DNA of 63,328 nt, counting the filler, from Reticulomyxa filosa (taxonomy: Eukaryota > Protista > Foraminifera): assembly GCA_000512085.1 (NCBI GenBank). It is 16 parts of 16 records of this genome, joined end to end, with 100 filler letters (N's around TTAATTAATTAA, not from the genome) between each part and the next. Parts side by side here need not be neighbours in the genome. Positions count along the whole stretch, not along the records: positions 37,048 to 39,216 come from ASPP01024246.1; positions 39,317 to 40,593 come from ASPP01018343.1; positions 40,694 to 41,710 come from ASPP01040406.1; positions 41,811 to 43,787 come from ASPP01012311.1; positions 43,888 to 46,561 come from ASPP01001207.1; positions 46,662 to 53,445 come from ASPP01016976.1; 10 more parts are not named here. One strand, written 5' to 3'. Made by a program: the position numbers and the translations under genes. Below are positions 39,171 through 51,524 of the stretch, one piece after another. Within the stretch, counting starts at the first letter, position 1, and each line of letters starts with the position of its first letter. Under the pieces are notes generated by a model. It was given only the letters and a program-made list of their open reading frames with translations, had not been told where the DNA came from and searched no databases.

Positions 39171-40352
39171 TCGCAATACTTTTTTTTTTTTTTTTTTTTA
39201 ACTTTTTTTTTTTTTTNNNNNNNNNNNNNNNNNNNNNNNNNNNNNNNNNNNNNNNNNNNNTTAATTAATTAANNNNNNNNNNNNNNNNNNNNNNNNNNNN
39301 NNNNNNNNNNNNNNNNATAACAGCCGAAGCCCGTTTGTCAAAAAAAAAATGGTTTTTCATTTGGATGATTTTCATCCTCAAAAAAATATAATAAAAAAAT
39401 TGAACTGGGGTAAGGCCCCCCGTCTCCGAAAGGAGTACAAAAGGTTTGTTTATATTTACATATATTTTTTTTTAACTTAATTAACTTTGTTTTTTGAACA
39501 GCCGCAGCCCGTGTTCAAAAAAAAAAGTGTACGTCATGTCCCCCGTCCCCATAAGCTATAAAGAAAAATTAGGGGTTGAAGCCACCCCGCATTCAACAAT
39601 AAAAAAAGGTTTGTATTTTTTTTTTTTTTTATGTTTTTTATAAGTCAAATGTTTGTGTGCTTGCAAATAGGCACGCCCCAATAAAAAAAAAAATTCTATG
39701 GTCCCCTCCCCGTAACAAAACAAAAAAAAAAATAGATCGGAATTGGAGAGTTTGGCTCCAAAGCAAAAGTATTGTTTTTGTTTTTTTCTTTCAAAAATAA
39801 AAAATTTATTTTGATTTGTGATTGTGTATAGCAAATAACAGAAAGAACACATTGGAAAGTTTTTATTTATTTATTATTTATTATTTATTTCTATTTGAGT
39901 AGGGATAGGGAACTTGGGGAAAAACAAAATGATGGAAAATAAAATGGGAGGAAAAAAGAAAGTAAAAATTTTATTTAAGGAAAATGAGAAAAAAAAGATT
40001 AGAAAAAAAAGAATGAGAAAATTAAAAAAAAGAAGAATGAGAAAATAAAAAAAAAGAAAAAAAATATCAAAAAAGTTTGAAAAAGAAAAAGAGAAAAAAA
40101 TATTAAAAAAAGAAAAAAAAAAGTTGTGAAAAAAAAAATGGTGCGCATGAGCGCAGTTTTCAAGAATAAGATTATGTCGTTCTCGACAATGAGACGACAT
40201 TGTTAATGTCATGTTTGTTGTTGTTCCGGTCACGGAAAAGATTTTGGATGACCGAAAGTCGAAGTCTGGCGGCATATTCAAATGAAATGATTGATGTGCT
40301 TATTAGTCAGCTTTTATGGCAAGAGAAGTAGATCGGATGAAGTTGGACAATT

Positions 40353-40505
40353 GTTAATCGAATGCGAACATCACGTGGAAAGACATAAGTTATTCGTTTC
40401 ATTGGACACGTGGACTTTTCAAGATTTTTGTTAATTGTAGTCGGGCCGGACCGATTGGATAACATGTAACTAATGGCACTGTCAATGGAGTTAATTATTT
40501 TTATT
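40353..40505 (+). pseudogene. Degenerate CAP-Gly domain
   Basis: RGKT*VIRFIGHVDFS...TNGTVNGVNYF matches the CAP-Gly G.VRF.G...F...G.NDG.V.G..YF pattern, with stops and a frameshift. Confidence 0.6.
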
Positions 40506-41810
40506 GATGTGTGGACAATGTTATTTTGCTTGACTATACAACATCGCCAACACAAGAACAGCCTAACCAGATGACGATGACGACTTTCAAAAANNNNNNN
40601 NNNNNNNNNNNNNNNNNNNNNNNNNNNNNNNNNNNNNTTAATTAATTAANNNNNNNNNNNNNNNNNNNNNNNNNNNNNNNNNNNNNNNNNNNNTCTATCC
40701 TTTTCATTCACATTTATCTCCTTTCTTCTCTCAATAGCTTTATACTTCTTATACAATTCATCACTACTTATTGTATTTCTTGACATAATTCATATATCAC
40801 AAATACTATTCGTCGATCTTGTTTTCTTTTCTCCTTTCCTTAAGCTAATTTTTTTCTTCTTCTTGCTTTCATTCCAAATCTAAAGTATATCATTCTACAA
40901 TGAAAAGGTCCATGTTCATATTGTTTTGATTAAAACATTATTACACAGCTGAAAATATGATACAAATAATATATAACTTGAAATAGAGCTCGTGGTACGG
41001 TTATATTGTAAGGTCGGTAATGTAATTGTGGATATGCCAATAGATGCATTTGTGAAGCCGATCCAAATATTATTGAGCGATTCGAATTTTTTGGTTTTCT
41101 GGACGTTATTAAATGCAACTTGTACTTGCACCTTTTTCCAGAGGAATGACGCATTTACTTGACAACGACGACATTTAATCAATTGGAAGCCGTGTTCACA
41201 AATCGATTATCCATGTTCGATATTTGATTGTTCTTTAATGCGATTTGAAGAGGAGACAATTTGAGCACATTATTATTGGATGGGAGTTATATGGCTCATA
41301 AACAGTGCCAATATCATCTGCACCGAGGATAAGACGTTCAATGCTCCCAATTCAGCCAAACATGGTATATATTATATACAGGCTATGCTCTGAATAAATT
41401 ATTAATCTCTAACACCTTCACTTGGATAACATTTTTTGTTTCAAATCTATGTATGTATGTACAGAAATAACACATTAATTGGAGATTATTGGAAAAAAAA
41501 AAGAAAGGTAACTATTTGTTTCAAATTCACATCAACTGGCTGGCCTTCTTCTTCTTTTGATAGAGAAACTCGACCATGCGTAATTTGGCTTGAATTGTTA
41601 GATATGAAATCTTGATAAAATTGGTAGTCAATCTGGAATTGCAGTTTGTTATTCACACTGCTACCTTTTTTTGAACAGCGAATATCCAGATGAATCTTTG
41701 GATCAATTGANNNNNNNNNNNNNNNNNNNNNNNNNNNNNNNNNNNNNNNNNNNNTTAATTAATTAANNNNNNNNNNNNNNNNNNNNNNNNNNNNNNNNNN
41801 NNNNNNNNNN

Positions 41811-41851
<41 letters not shown>

Positions 41852-41859
41852 GGATCTCC

Positions 41860-43160
41860 ACACAGGTATCGGCTTATGTTCAAAAGTATCATATTTGGTG
41901 GATTGTGTATTTCTCAAATGAAAGGAGCTCCCAACATTTGCATAGTGGTGATATCCGTCGTGATGATTAAATGATGTCAATCCAGCAATGTGGGATTGGA
42001 GATGAGGATGAGAATGAGAATTGATCATATGAGCTTGATAGGTAGACGCAGAGGATGTGTCGGCTGTTCCAAGAGTTTTTTGAGTTCCTGTTCCATTCGG
42101 TCCTTTACCCTTCATCGAGGACAAGTATCCTCCACCGGTGTTCGCATAAAGGTCATGTCCATGACTGTGGCCATTGCTTCCTATTGTTTCAATGTGACAA
42201 CAGAAAAGAAATTGAGGACCTTAAGAAACCCCAAAAAAAAAAAAAAAAAAAAGGGGTGGGAAAAAAAAAGGGATAAAAATAATGAAGGAATACTTTCAAC
42301 AACAAAAACAAATAAGTTGAACAAATACATTAAATAAATACCAAATGAAGAATAAGTGTAGGGATGGCTTCCAAATATATTGGAACCATACATTGTCGAG
42401 TGATGAGAAGAAAAATATCCATACTCATTGCATCCATAAGGGTTCATCTATAGCACAAAATACAACAAGTATTCCATTGCAAATTTACTCTGATTTTTTG
42501 GAATGCGTTTCGGAGTTTAAAAAAAAAAAAAAGGAGGAAAAGGGGCATAATGAATTGAACACATACAGATTGGTAATGCAGCGAGTGACCATCTTCGTAT
42601 ACAGGTGCATAGCTGGCATATTGTTCGCCAGTATCAGATCCTATTTATTGCAAACACATTCCAAATTGCAGTCAATGACGTCTATCTTTGTTTTTTAATT
42701 TTCTTATGAGAAAAAAAAAAATAAAAATAACCCATTTGTTTATTGTGTGTAGCGCCGTTATGACTGGAGTTGTTGGTAGAATTAGTGTTTGTCCCCATGG
42801 AATTGTTCAACGGAGGCGTATTAATGATGTTACTGCCTTTCATTGAAGTATTTGTAGTCGCAACTTGAACACCTGAAACATTGCCGCTTCCGGTATGATT
42901 GTTGTTTGAAGTGTTGTTGCTACTTGCCATCGTGTTTAGGTGATAGGAATGGTTGTGATCACTAACCATTGGCTCAAGATATGTTGGAGTCCAGACTGCG
43001 TCATAACTCGTGTACGATGTTCCATTATTGTGCTGTTCATTTGTTGTGCGTGGCACCCCTCTATATCCTAAAATTCTTCATTAAAAAATGCGCAGTATCG
43101 CAAAAAAAAAGGAAAACATACCACGTAAGAATTACGGTAATGATTTGAGTAATAATCCAT
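41860..43160 (-). CDS. 5' exons of a His/Tyr/Asn/Ser-rich low-complexity protein
   Basis: Several GT-AG bounded exons that join in frame (GSDTGEQYASY..., MNPYGCNEYG..., GSNGHSHGHDLY...). First-exon junction unresolved and no domain reached before the contig end. Confidence 0.5.
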
Positions 43161-43989
43161 CGTTTAGTTGGATCAGTAAAAACACGGCAGACAGAAAGAA
43201 TATTTGGTCACAGAGTATAAAGCTTCTGCAAACCGATAAAAGATATTCGATAGACAACAAAGCGTCAATATAACTTTTTATACAATAATGCCGAAAGGAT
43301 AGTGAGAGAAAAAGGGACTAATTCAGTTTTAGTAGAACTCGTATTTACTTTTAGTTACTAGTTTCGAATGATACCACAACAATGATTGCATACACAGAAA
43401 AAGAAAATTTTTGTAACCACGCATAAGTTTAGCATTGGAACTGAAAATTAAACTGTTTACGCTGATGATCCTTGTACTTCTTTATATGAATAGTTTTCGT
43501 AGTATTTTGGCGTGTGCGATGCGAAATAAGAAAATAAATGGTTTTCATGTTTTATATTTCACACTGTTGTTGATAAATATATGAAAATCTTGAAATGTGT
43601 GCCATAAAAGCTCAGACTTTGTCCAAGAATGTAAGAGTTTCAAACCCATAGGTGAACAATGAACATAAGCAACAAACTTTTGATAGTTGCATACCCACAA
43701 AACACTTGGCTTTTCTTTTTGGCACAACCCATGAAATGAAAAACAGCCATTAACAACAATATTAAGTACGAGAAAAAAAAAAATTTTNNNNNNNNNNNNN
43801 NNNNNNNNNNNNNNNNNNNNNNNNNNNNNNNTTAATTAATTAANNNNNNNNNNNNNNNNNNNNNNNNNNNNNNNNNNNNNNNNNNNNTTTTTTTTTTTTT
43901 TTTGCAACATGTAAAAAATTACTACAAAAAAGTACCTTTTTCTTTGGTTGCGAAATCAGGTAAATTATACTTTTGTTCAATGGGAGTAA

Positions 43990-45062
43990 TCGGTGGTGTG
44001 GAACTTGGTGGTGGTGGAACATTGGAAAGTGCATGATTACCAATTTGGATAAAGGCCACTTTTTTATTACCTGTTTTTTTTTACTAGGCGACTTAGCTTG
44101 ATCATTTGTGGTAGTCTGCGATGGTAGTCCTCTGACAGTAACTGTTTCCGAAGGGATATGCGTTGAGTTTGTTTGAACAGCATCGTCTTGATAATCTTCT
44201 TGCTCTTTTTTTTCTAGTTTTGGTTTTTTTTTAGGTGATTTTTTAGACTCTTGTCCCGATTTTTTCTTTTTTTTATTTTGAATTGGTTTCGTTGGCTCCG
44301 CCGAGTTACTTGCACCTGTTTCTGCGTCTAGCTGTTCCCTTTGGAGTGGAAGTACGTGTACATACAACATACAAACGAAAAAAGAATAAATTTGTTATGA
44401 GCACGTGCGAATTGATACATATAAAACTTGAGGTCTACATCGGGAGAATACGAAAGCAGCACATTGGTGTGAGTAGAAGGAAACATTGTGATTGTAGGAT
44501 TGATCGATAACAGATTGCCATTAGAAATGGATGTGACATTATTTGGACCATTGGAGGGTCCAACAGCAGGTATTCCTTTGTTGGTTGTGGTAGCACTGTG
44601 GTGGACATTGAATGTGTTATTCTTGTTGAGGCTTGGACGTTGCGGTGTGGATATATTCGTCTTTGATGCTGGTGGAGCACTTGGAAAATCTATTTGATTT
44701 TCGTTAGCTGTTGTTGTTGTACTAGCTTCAATGACTGGAACACGTTGTGCTGCTTCTTTTGGCACGGAGATTGTTTCCACGATATCTACCTCTGCCGCAG
44801 CCGATACACCATGAACTCCTGGACTGAGTACTGCATAAATTTGAGGATTTGATTTTGCCAAATAATGTATTCTTGCTCGTTCTAATCGGTCAAACAATTT
44901 TGGTAAATTACTAATCGGTGTCCACGTTTTCACTGTCACACCGTTCCATACGTAGGTTCGGTCAAACAGGTCACCAGAGCAATAACCGCTTATCATCTCT
45001 TCTATTGTGCAAGGCCCTCGACTTGTACCAAACTTGTCCACATAATGCCATGATTCCGACAT
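43990..45062 (-). CDS. GYF_2 (DUF4339) domain protein, 5' part
   Basis: WHYVDKFGTSRGPCTIEEM...TYVWNG...WTPISNLPKL is the GYF_2 signature, followed by low-complexity and Lys-rich exons. Confidence 0.8.
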
Positions 45063-45555
45063 TTGTGTTTTTAAATTTACTTTTTCTTTTTTTACCACCG
45101 ATTGTAAATTATAAAGATTAAAATAGATGGTCTAATCTTTTCTTATAACTAAATTGTTAACTGTATCACAACATTGAACAAAGAAACCTAGAGAAATCAG
45201 TAATTTATTGAATAACAAAAAGATACAATATAATCTTAGGAGAACTCAACCAAATAAATGTTGTGATCTTTCATTTGAATACAAACGTTTCTTATAAAAC
45301 TTTTGAACCTTCCTCAAACTATGTTAATATTGGCAATTTCCAAACAAAGCAAAACAGACTCTGTCTCCTCCCTCTTAAGCGTGATAATTTTGATTTATCT
45401 ATTTCAACAAATGCTAAACAGAAAAGACAGAATGATACATAAGATGTTGATAGCTCGGAAACGAAAAATATATAGTATACTTTCGGTCTTTATTAAAATA
45501 AAAGAAAATATTTGATTAGTTGCATAAAGTGTAGGCAACGATATAATGCGAACAC

Positions 45556-45736
45556 TGTAGGGCAAGTTCATATTATAAGTATCCGAACATCAAGTGAGCG
45601 GAGGAATCCCCAGTAGGTTAAACTTCATCAACAACTTACTTCTTACTTTCTTACTTTTATTTACTTTTCTTTTGTTATCTTGTTTTATTATTTAATTACT
45701 TTCGTTTTACGAAATCCATATTCTCTTCTTATTAAA
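45556..45736 (+). mobile_element. 3'-truncated LTR-like element abutting the WD40 ORF
   Basis: Starts TGTAGGG and is homologous to 21670-21856, but lacks the last ~16 nt (...CATTACA). Confidence 0.65.
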
Positions 45737-46417
45737 TTATGGGATGTATTTTCTGGTAAATTACTTCAAACATTTGAAGGACATAAAGGAGATATAAAGA
45801 GTGCATACTTTTCGTACGATGGATGTACCATTGTGTCAGGCTCTATGGATGGAATAATTCTAATATGGGATGTATTATCTGGAAAACAGCTACTAATGTT
45901 GAAAGGACATTCAACTTTAATAACTGGGGTCCAATTTTCTCCAGATAATTCCAAAATCATATCATATTCATCTGATAAAACAATTCGATTATGGGATATG
46001 TTATCTGGAAAACAATTACAAGTGTTTTCAGGACATTTACATGTTGTATGGGCACAATTTTCACACAATGGTTCTAAAATTATATCATATTCATCGGATA
46101 AAACTGTCAGAATATGGGACGTATCTTTAGGAAAACAAATTCAATTATTAGAAGGACACACCGGATTTGTATTTGGAACGCAATTATCGCCAGATGGCTC
46201 AAAACTTGTGTCATGTTCAGAAGATAGAACAATTCGATTATGGGGCTGTGACAATTGTAAAATAGATGATGTAAATGAAACTAATTTGGTGAAATGCATT
46301 TGGCAAGGAGGCACTCAGCGTTTTGGTTTATCGATGAAAGGCAGTATTTGGAAGAATACAAACGGCTTAACATCTCAACAAAAACTACTTGTGAGACAAC
46401 GTAATGGAAAAATTTGA
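45731..46417 (+). CDS. WD40-repeat protein, intronless, 5'-truncated (possible pseudogene)
   Basis: About four near-identical repeats (GH...V.FS.DGS.I.S.S.D.TIRLWD..SGKQ) and a C-terminal GLSMKGSIWKNTNGLTSQQKLLVRQR tail. No native ATG. Confidence 0.85.
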   Translation: MKLWDVFSGKLLQTFEGHKGDIKSAYFSYDGCTIVSGSMDGIILIWDVLSGKQLLMLKGHSTLITGVQFSPDNSKIISYSSDKTIRLWDMLSGKQLQVFSGHLHVVWAQFSHNGSKIISYSSDKTVRIWDVSLGKQIQLLEGHTGFVFGTQLSPDGSKLVSCSEDRTIRLWGCDNCKIDDVNETNLVKCIWQGGTQRFGLSMKGSIWKNTNGLTSQQKLLVRQRNGKI

Positions 46418-46695
46418 TCTTTTTTTTGTTTGATTGTAAATAAGATTCTTCTCCATTAATCTTTGTTTCAGCAAATTAAGCTTCAACAAAATTGTTATAG
46501 AAGCTAGGACATAAAAGACTGAAAAAAACTCAGTTAGTTCCTAAGAAATTCTTTGCGAATTNNNNNNNNNNNNNNNNNNNNNNNNNNNNNNNNNNNNNNN
46601 NNNNNTTAATTAATTAANNNNNNNNNNNNNNNNNNNNNNNNNNNNNNNNNNNNNNNNNNNNGTGTGTGTGTGTGAATTTGTTTTGATGGAATTAG

Positions 46696-47843
46696 GAGCA
46701 TTCAATCATGTTTGTCAAATGACTCGATTCAATCACTGCGTAAAGAATTTGATCTTTTGGACGCAAATCGCGATGGACTTATTGACACTCGTGATCTGAT
46801 AACTGTGTTGACGCACGACAATCCTCATATGGATATCCATCAAGCCACGACGATTGCACATATGATCATTGAGCAATTAGATACCCAACGCATTTACAAA
46901 GTGACATTTGAACAATTTGCGACGTCGTATTTAGGCTACCAATTATCTTGTCGAAATTTGGATAAATTGAAATTCACCTTCGATTCGATCATGCAATCAC
47001 ATAATCAACACTTGCGTTCATTGGACGACAAAGAGTGTAGTAGTGAAGAAGAAGTATGCGGTCATGTCGACAACCACGAAAAACATGAATCCAAAGGTGA
47101 TGACAATAAATGTAATTTCGGCTTCTTCAAACATCGAAAAGAATTGAGCATGGATGATGTATTAGCAATTGGTCAAAACAAAGAACATCTCATTCCGACA
47201 AGTGGTAGTTCTCACAATGGCGGTGACAGTAATTCTCCAGAAGATAAAGGTCCCAATGTCAACAGCCAAGGCTTCACAACAGGAGATGCCAAATACGAGA
47301 AAACTTCTGCAGAATGCCAAAATGAAAACATATGCCTTGGGTCGGAATTGGATTGGTCGGATTTTCTGATCGCTTACCCTTGCTGGTCACATTTGATATG
47401 AACGAATGGAAACATGACAATCCAATAAGTAAAAAATGTAAAATTACAGAGCAACACTTAAGAGAATGGGTAAAAAATTAGGACAAGAATTGACCGAAGA
47501 AGAGGTGCACAAAGCATTGAAAGACATGGGCAAAAAAGAACTAAGGTAGGATTCTAAGCTGAATAACAAAAAAAAAAGTGATAGCATTCTTGATTTACGT
47601 AATTTGTGTGTATATGTGTGATGTTTTCTCCTCTTGCACCTGTCCCTTTTTTGATGAATGTTTTGATCCTTATGTAGCTGGGAAGGATTCCAAGAAGAAA
47701 TGCGTGCTCACAGCGTTGTTAGAAGATCCCTGAGAGAAAGAAATTTTCTGCAAAGGGAAGTAAACGATGCTACGTTGTCTTTATCGAACAAGGCAGCTGA
47801 AAAGGACAATAGCTGTGCCAATTTGAATGATTCGTTTTCATAG
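46696..47843 (+). CDS. C-terminal calmodulin-like EF-hand region, possibly of a CDPK-type kinase
   Basis: LRKEFDLLDANRDGLID, IIEQLDTQRIYKVTFEQF, KLKFTFD, then spliced exons KITEQHLREWVKKLGQELTEEEVHKALKDM...LSWEGFQEEM to TAG 47843. Confidence 0.7.
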
Positions 47844-48520
47844 TTTTGGTATTTTTTGCTTAATCTTTTTTTTTCTTTCTTTCTTTGTGTTTGATTTTTT
47901 TTTTTGATGTTTTTTTTTTATGTTTTTTTTTCTCTTTTAAGATTAGATCGGTTCAATTTCTTAAAAATACAGCCAATGACTTAAGCGTCATTGTTGCTTT
48001 TGTTTTGTGAGAGTAGGGGAGGTTATGTGTTTGTTGGTTTATTATATTCTTGGTTTTGTTGCAGCTGTCCTGCCAAACTGGACACAATGGGGCTAGCGTC
48101 GCTTTGTATTGTTTTGAATTTGTAAACTTTCAATTGTATCTCAATTTCTGCAGGCTTATATGATTTTGTGTGTGGTCTCATCTGATTTGTTATTCTCATT
48201 GTATTCCTATTTTTTTGTCTCTTTTCATTTATTATGTTGGATTGAACTCGAAAAGCGTGCCGTAAGAAAATTTTAAAATATGATTAGAGCATGTTTTTCA
48301 AAATCGTAACGGAAACAGCGCAATTTTGCGTAGCTGAGCGCTTTAGAGCAATTTTAATACTTACAACAGCCACTGATCAATTTTAAAATTAATAGCATGT
48401 CGGAAGTCTTGAGGATTGTAACTTTGTCATTTAGAAAACAGTTCGTTATTTTTTGACTCAATTTTATCTACATTATTGGGGGTTGTGCAATCATGATAAC
48501 GTAGATTTTGAGAGAAAAAT

Positions 48521-51228
48521 TCATAGTTTGCATTGTGTGTTGTTGCACGAAAATGCATTGTCTTTTAACATTTCACGACTTAACGAAGGATTAACAGGTT
48601 CTGTGACCAATAGTGCTGTGTTAGCAGTTTTCAAACCCACTTCAATGGCACTTGTTAGTGATTTTCCGTCAAGCAATCCACAAATAGTCCCTCCTGCTAA
48701 GTTATTTCCAGCTCCGTTGATCGTCTTGACTATACTGTCCTCAATTGGCAAAGCTTCAAAATATTTGGTTTGGTGTCGGTTCACAAGCAAAGTACCAGAT
48801 CGATCAATATGCACAAGAATGTTGTCCACACCACGACCAAGTAACCACTTCGCATATTCCTCAATCTTGTCTGTTAAAAATAGAAAAAAACAAATAAGAG
48901 AATGCAGGAAAGTTCTTCAATTCAATTCAAACAAAAAAAGAAAAATAAATTTGTGTTTTGTATAATAACTCAAATTGCGAGTTTGACGAACGATCTGATG
49001 AGGAAAGTTAGTTGCTTCCAAAAGAGCCCACAATTGGGATGCGTTAGATGACAAAAAAGTGACACCATCCAATCGATGATTATCACTAACCGCGCGAGAC
49101 GCCTTTTCCACGGAAGCAGGGATGTACCATACAGGAGTATGCTTTTTGGACTCTTTGCTGTTGTTGCCGCACAATTGTAATATGAATTGAAGGGCTGCAG
49201 AGTCTAAGTTACTGTCAACGACAACAATGGGTGCATTTTTGATCCAATGTTCAAATTTTGTCAACTATCAAAGAAATTTCATTGTTGAACACCAAAAAAA
49301 AAAAAAAAAAATATATGTACATGAATGTGTAGCTAATATGCATAGTACGAAAATGAGTAAAACAGAAGACATACATAGTCCTTGGTGACAGCATTTTCCA
49401 CAACAGTCAAATCGGCGACGGCCACATGCAAGCGTTTATCGTCATCAAAGGCAGATACACAACTAGCAGTGGGATAGAGTTCATTTCGGCATACGTAGAC
49501 GCCATTAGTATCAATGTGCAACTTTTGGCAGGAATCGACCAAATCGCGTCCGGATAAATCATTGCCAACGGCGCTGATTAAAAACGAGCCATGTCCCAAT
49601 CTCGCCAAGCATTCGGCGACATTTCTTGCCACCCCTCCTCTGACGTGGCGAACAATGCCAGGGTTGCTTGTATTACCTTTTAATTGCTTTACTTCTTGGC
49701 TTGGACTTCCAATTACATCTACAAACATAGTTTTATCAATGTTGATATTGTATATTATGATCAATGATAATGATCATCAATTATGCTCTCTTTTTCTTTA
49801 TACACATATGCATATACATATATATATATATATATAAATTGTACGTAACCACGGGCCATTCCTCCAATAATAACCGGCAGTCGTTGGGAAGACGAGGTCT
49901 TTTGAATGTGAGAGTGTGTACTCTCATTGCAACTAGTCTTCGATTGAGAAAGACGACACAAAGCAGCGGCTTCGGCTTGCAACAAGTGCAACTTGCTTGC
50001 GATTTGAGCTCCGATTTTTGCGTTGTTTTGTATCAAAGCAATGTTTGCCTGAAGTGACTTCCCTTCTGTGAGTTCATTCACTTTTTGTAACAAAAAAGGG
50101 GTCACGTCCCTGCCGATAATGTGTTGGTCGACTGACTCTTGGATTGCCTTTTGAATGGCCTTCTCTGTGGAGTCATACTGTGCTTCTTTGTCTTTCGGAA
50201 CGGGGACACCAACCAATATTCCATTGGTTAGCTTCAAATCCTTGTGACTTTCTTTTTTTTTTTTTTTGTTGTTGTTGGAACGTCAAAACATAATGTTTTC
50301 AAAAAAAAAAAAACTAGTAGACCCCTTTTTTTTTTTTTTTGCACTAAACTGATCAATTTCGCAACGTCGTCAATAGTTTGGGAAACCAAAGGGGACAAAC
50401 ACCCTGAGTTTGATGTAAAAAATGCCGGAAATTCTTTTTGGCCCAATGTTGTCACAGTTACTCCTTGTGTTTCCTTTTTTCAAATGATGATGCAAAAATA
50501 CATACACTAATAGAAATATAAACTATACATCATGTGTATATAAGTATATATATGTTTATATTTTTAAAAAAAAAAACAACAACAAACAAACCATATATTC
50601 GAGCGTCTTTGGAATATCCAAAATCGATTTGATACCCGCACAAATAACAGTGACTGGAGTGCGACCCAGCTCGGTCAAGTCCGCGGATATGTCGAATGTG
50701 TCATTCACACCTCGATGAACGCCTCCGATTCCTCCGGTTACAAACATCTCAATCCCGACCACATGTGCGATATACATCGTTGCCGCCACTGTTGTGCTGC
50801 CGTAGTAGTTCTGAGATAATACGAACGATAAATCCCTACGACTGCATTTGTGCACTGTTACATCCTTGTTCTTGCGCTTCATTTCACTTAGGTGCAACAG
50901 TTCATTTTGGGATAAACCAACATGAATCTTTCCTTTTATTATTGCTATTGTTGCTGGGATTGCACCATTGTCGCGCACCACCTGCTCCACTCTTTGCGCT
51001 GTGTCGTAATTTTCTGGAAATGGCATTCCATGCGTAATTATAGTAGATTCTAACGCTACGATGGGAAGGTTTTCTTTAAAGGCTTTTTGCACTTCATCAG
51101 AAAATTTAAAAATATTGCTTGATCTCAACATCATATATGCCCTCAAGTTTTCAAGGGTGGGAAAAAAAGGGGTTTGTTTTTATTGTATTGACTTACGTCT
51201 CAAGCGCCATAGCAATCCTTAAAAACAT
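48521..51228 (-). CDS. Bifunctional pseudouridine-5'-phosphate glycosidase (PsuG/IndA) fused to a PfkB-family pseudouridine kinase domain
   Basis: VALESTIITHGMPFPEN, KCSRRDL, FVTGGIGGVHRG, DISADLTELGRTP, CAGIKSILD, GRDVTPFLL, then GGVARNVAECLARLG, SAVGND and NGAGN. Start codon uncertain (51210-51288). Confidence 0.92.
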
Positions 51229-51524
51229 CAGGATGGGTAAACGTTCATTAAATTGTAATTGCAGGAAAAACATTAAAACACGACACATGAGTACCAAAAA
51301 CATTTCAACAAATAAAATATCTCAAAATAAAAACAAACAAAATTAATAATGGGAAAAAAAAACGCACAAGAGTCCAAATTTCCGAAGTTGGATTAAAAAC
51401 ATAGCCAAACTTTATGGAATAAAAACCGTTCATTAAATATTCCGAAAAAACATACACAACTAGAATTATTCATCGTTTGTTTTTTTTTTGGTTGAATTTT
51501 TTTTTTTTTTTTTGTGTGGCTTTC

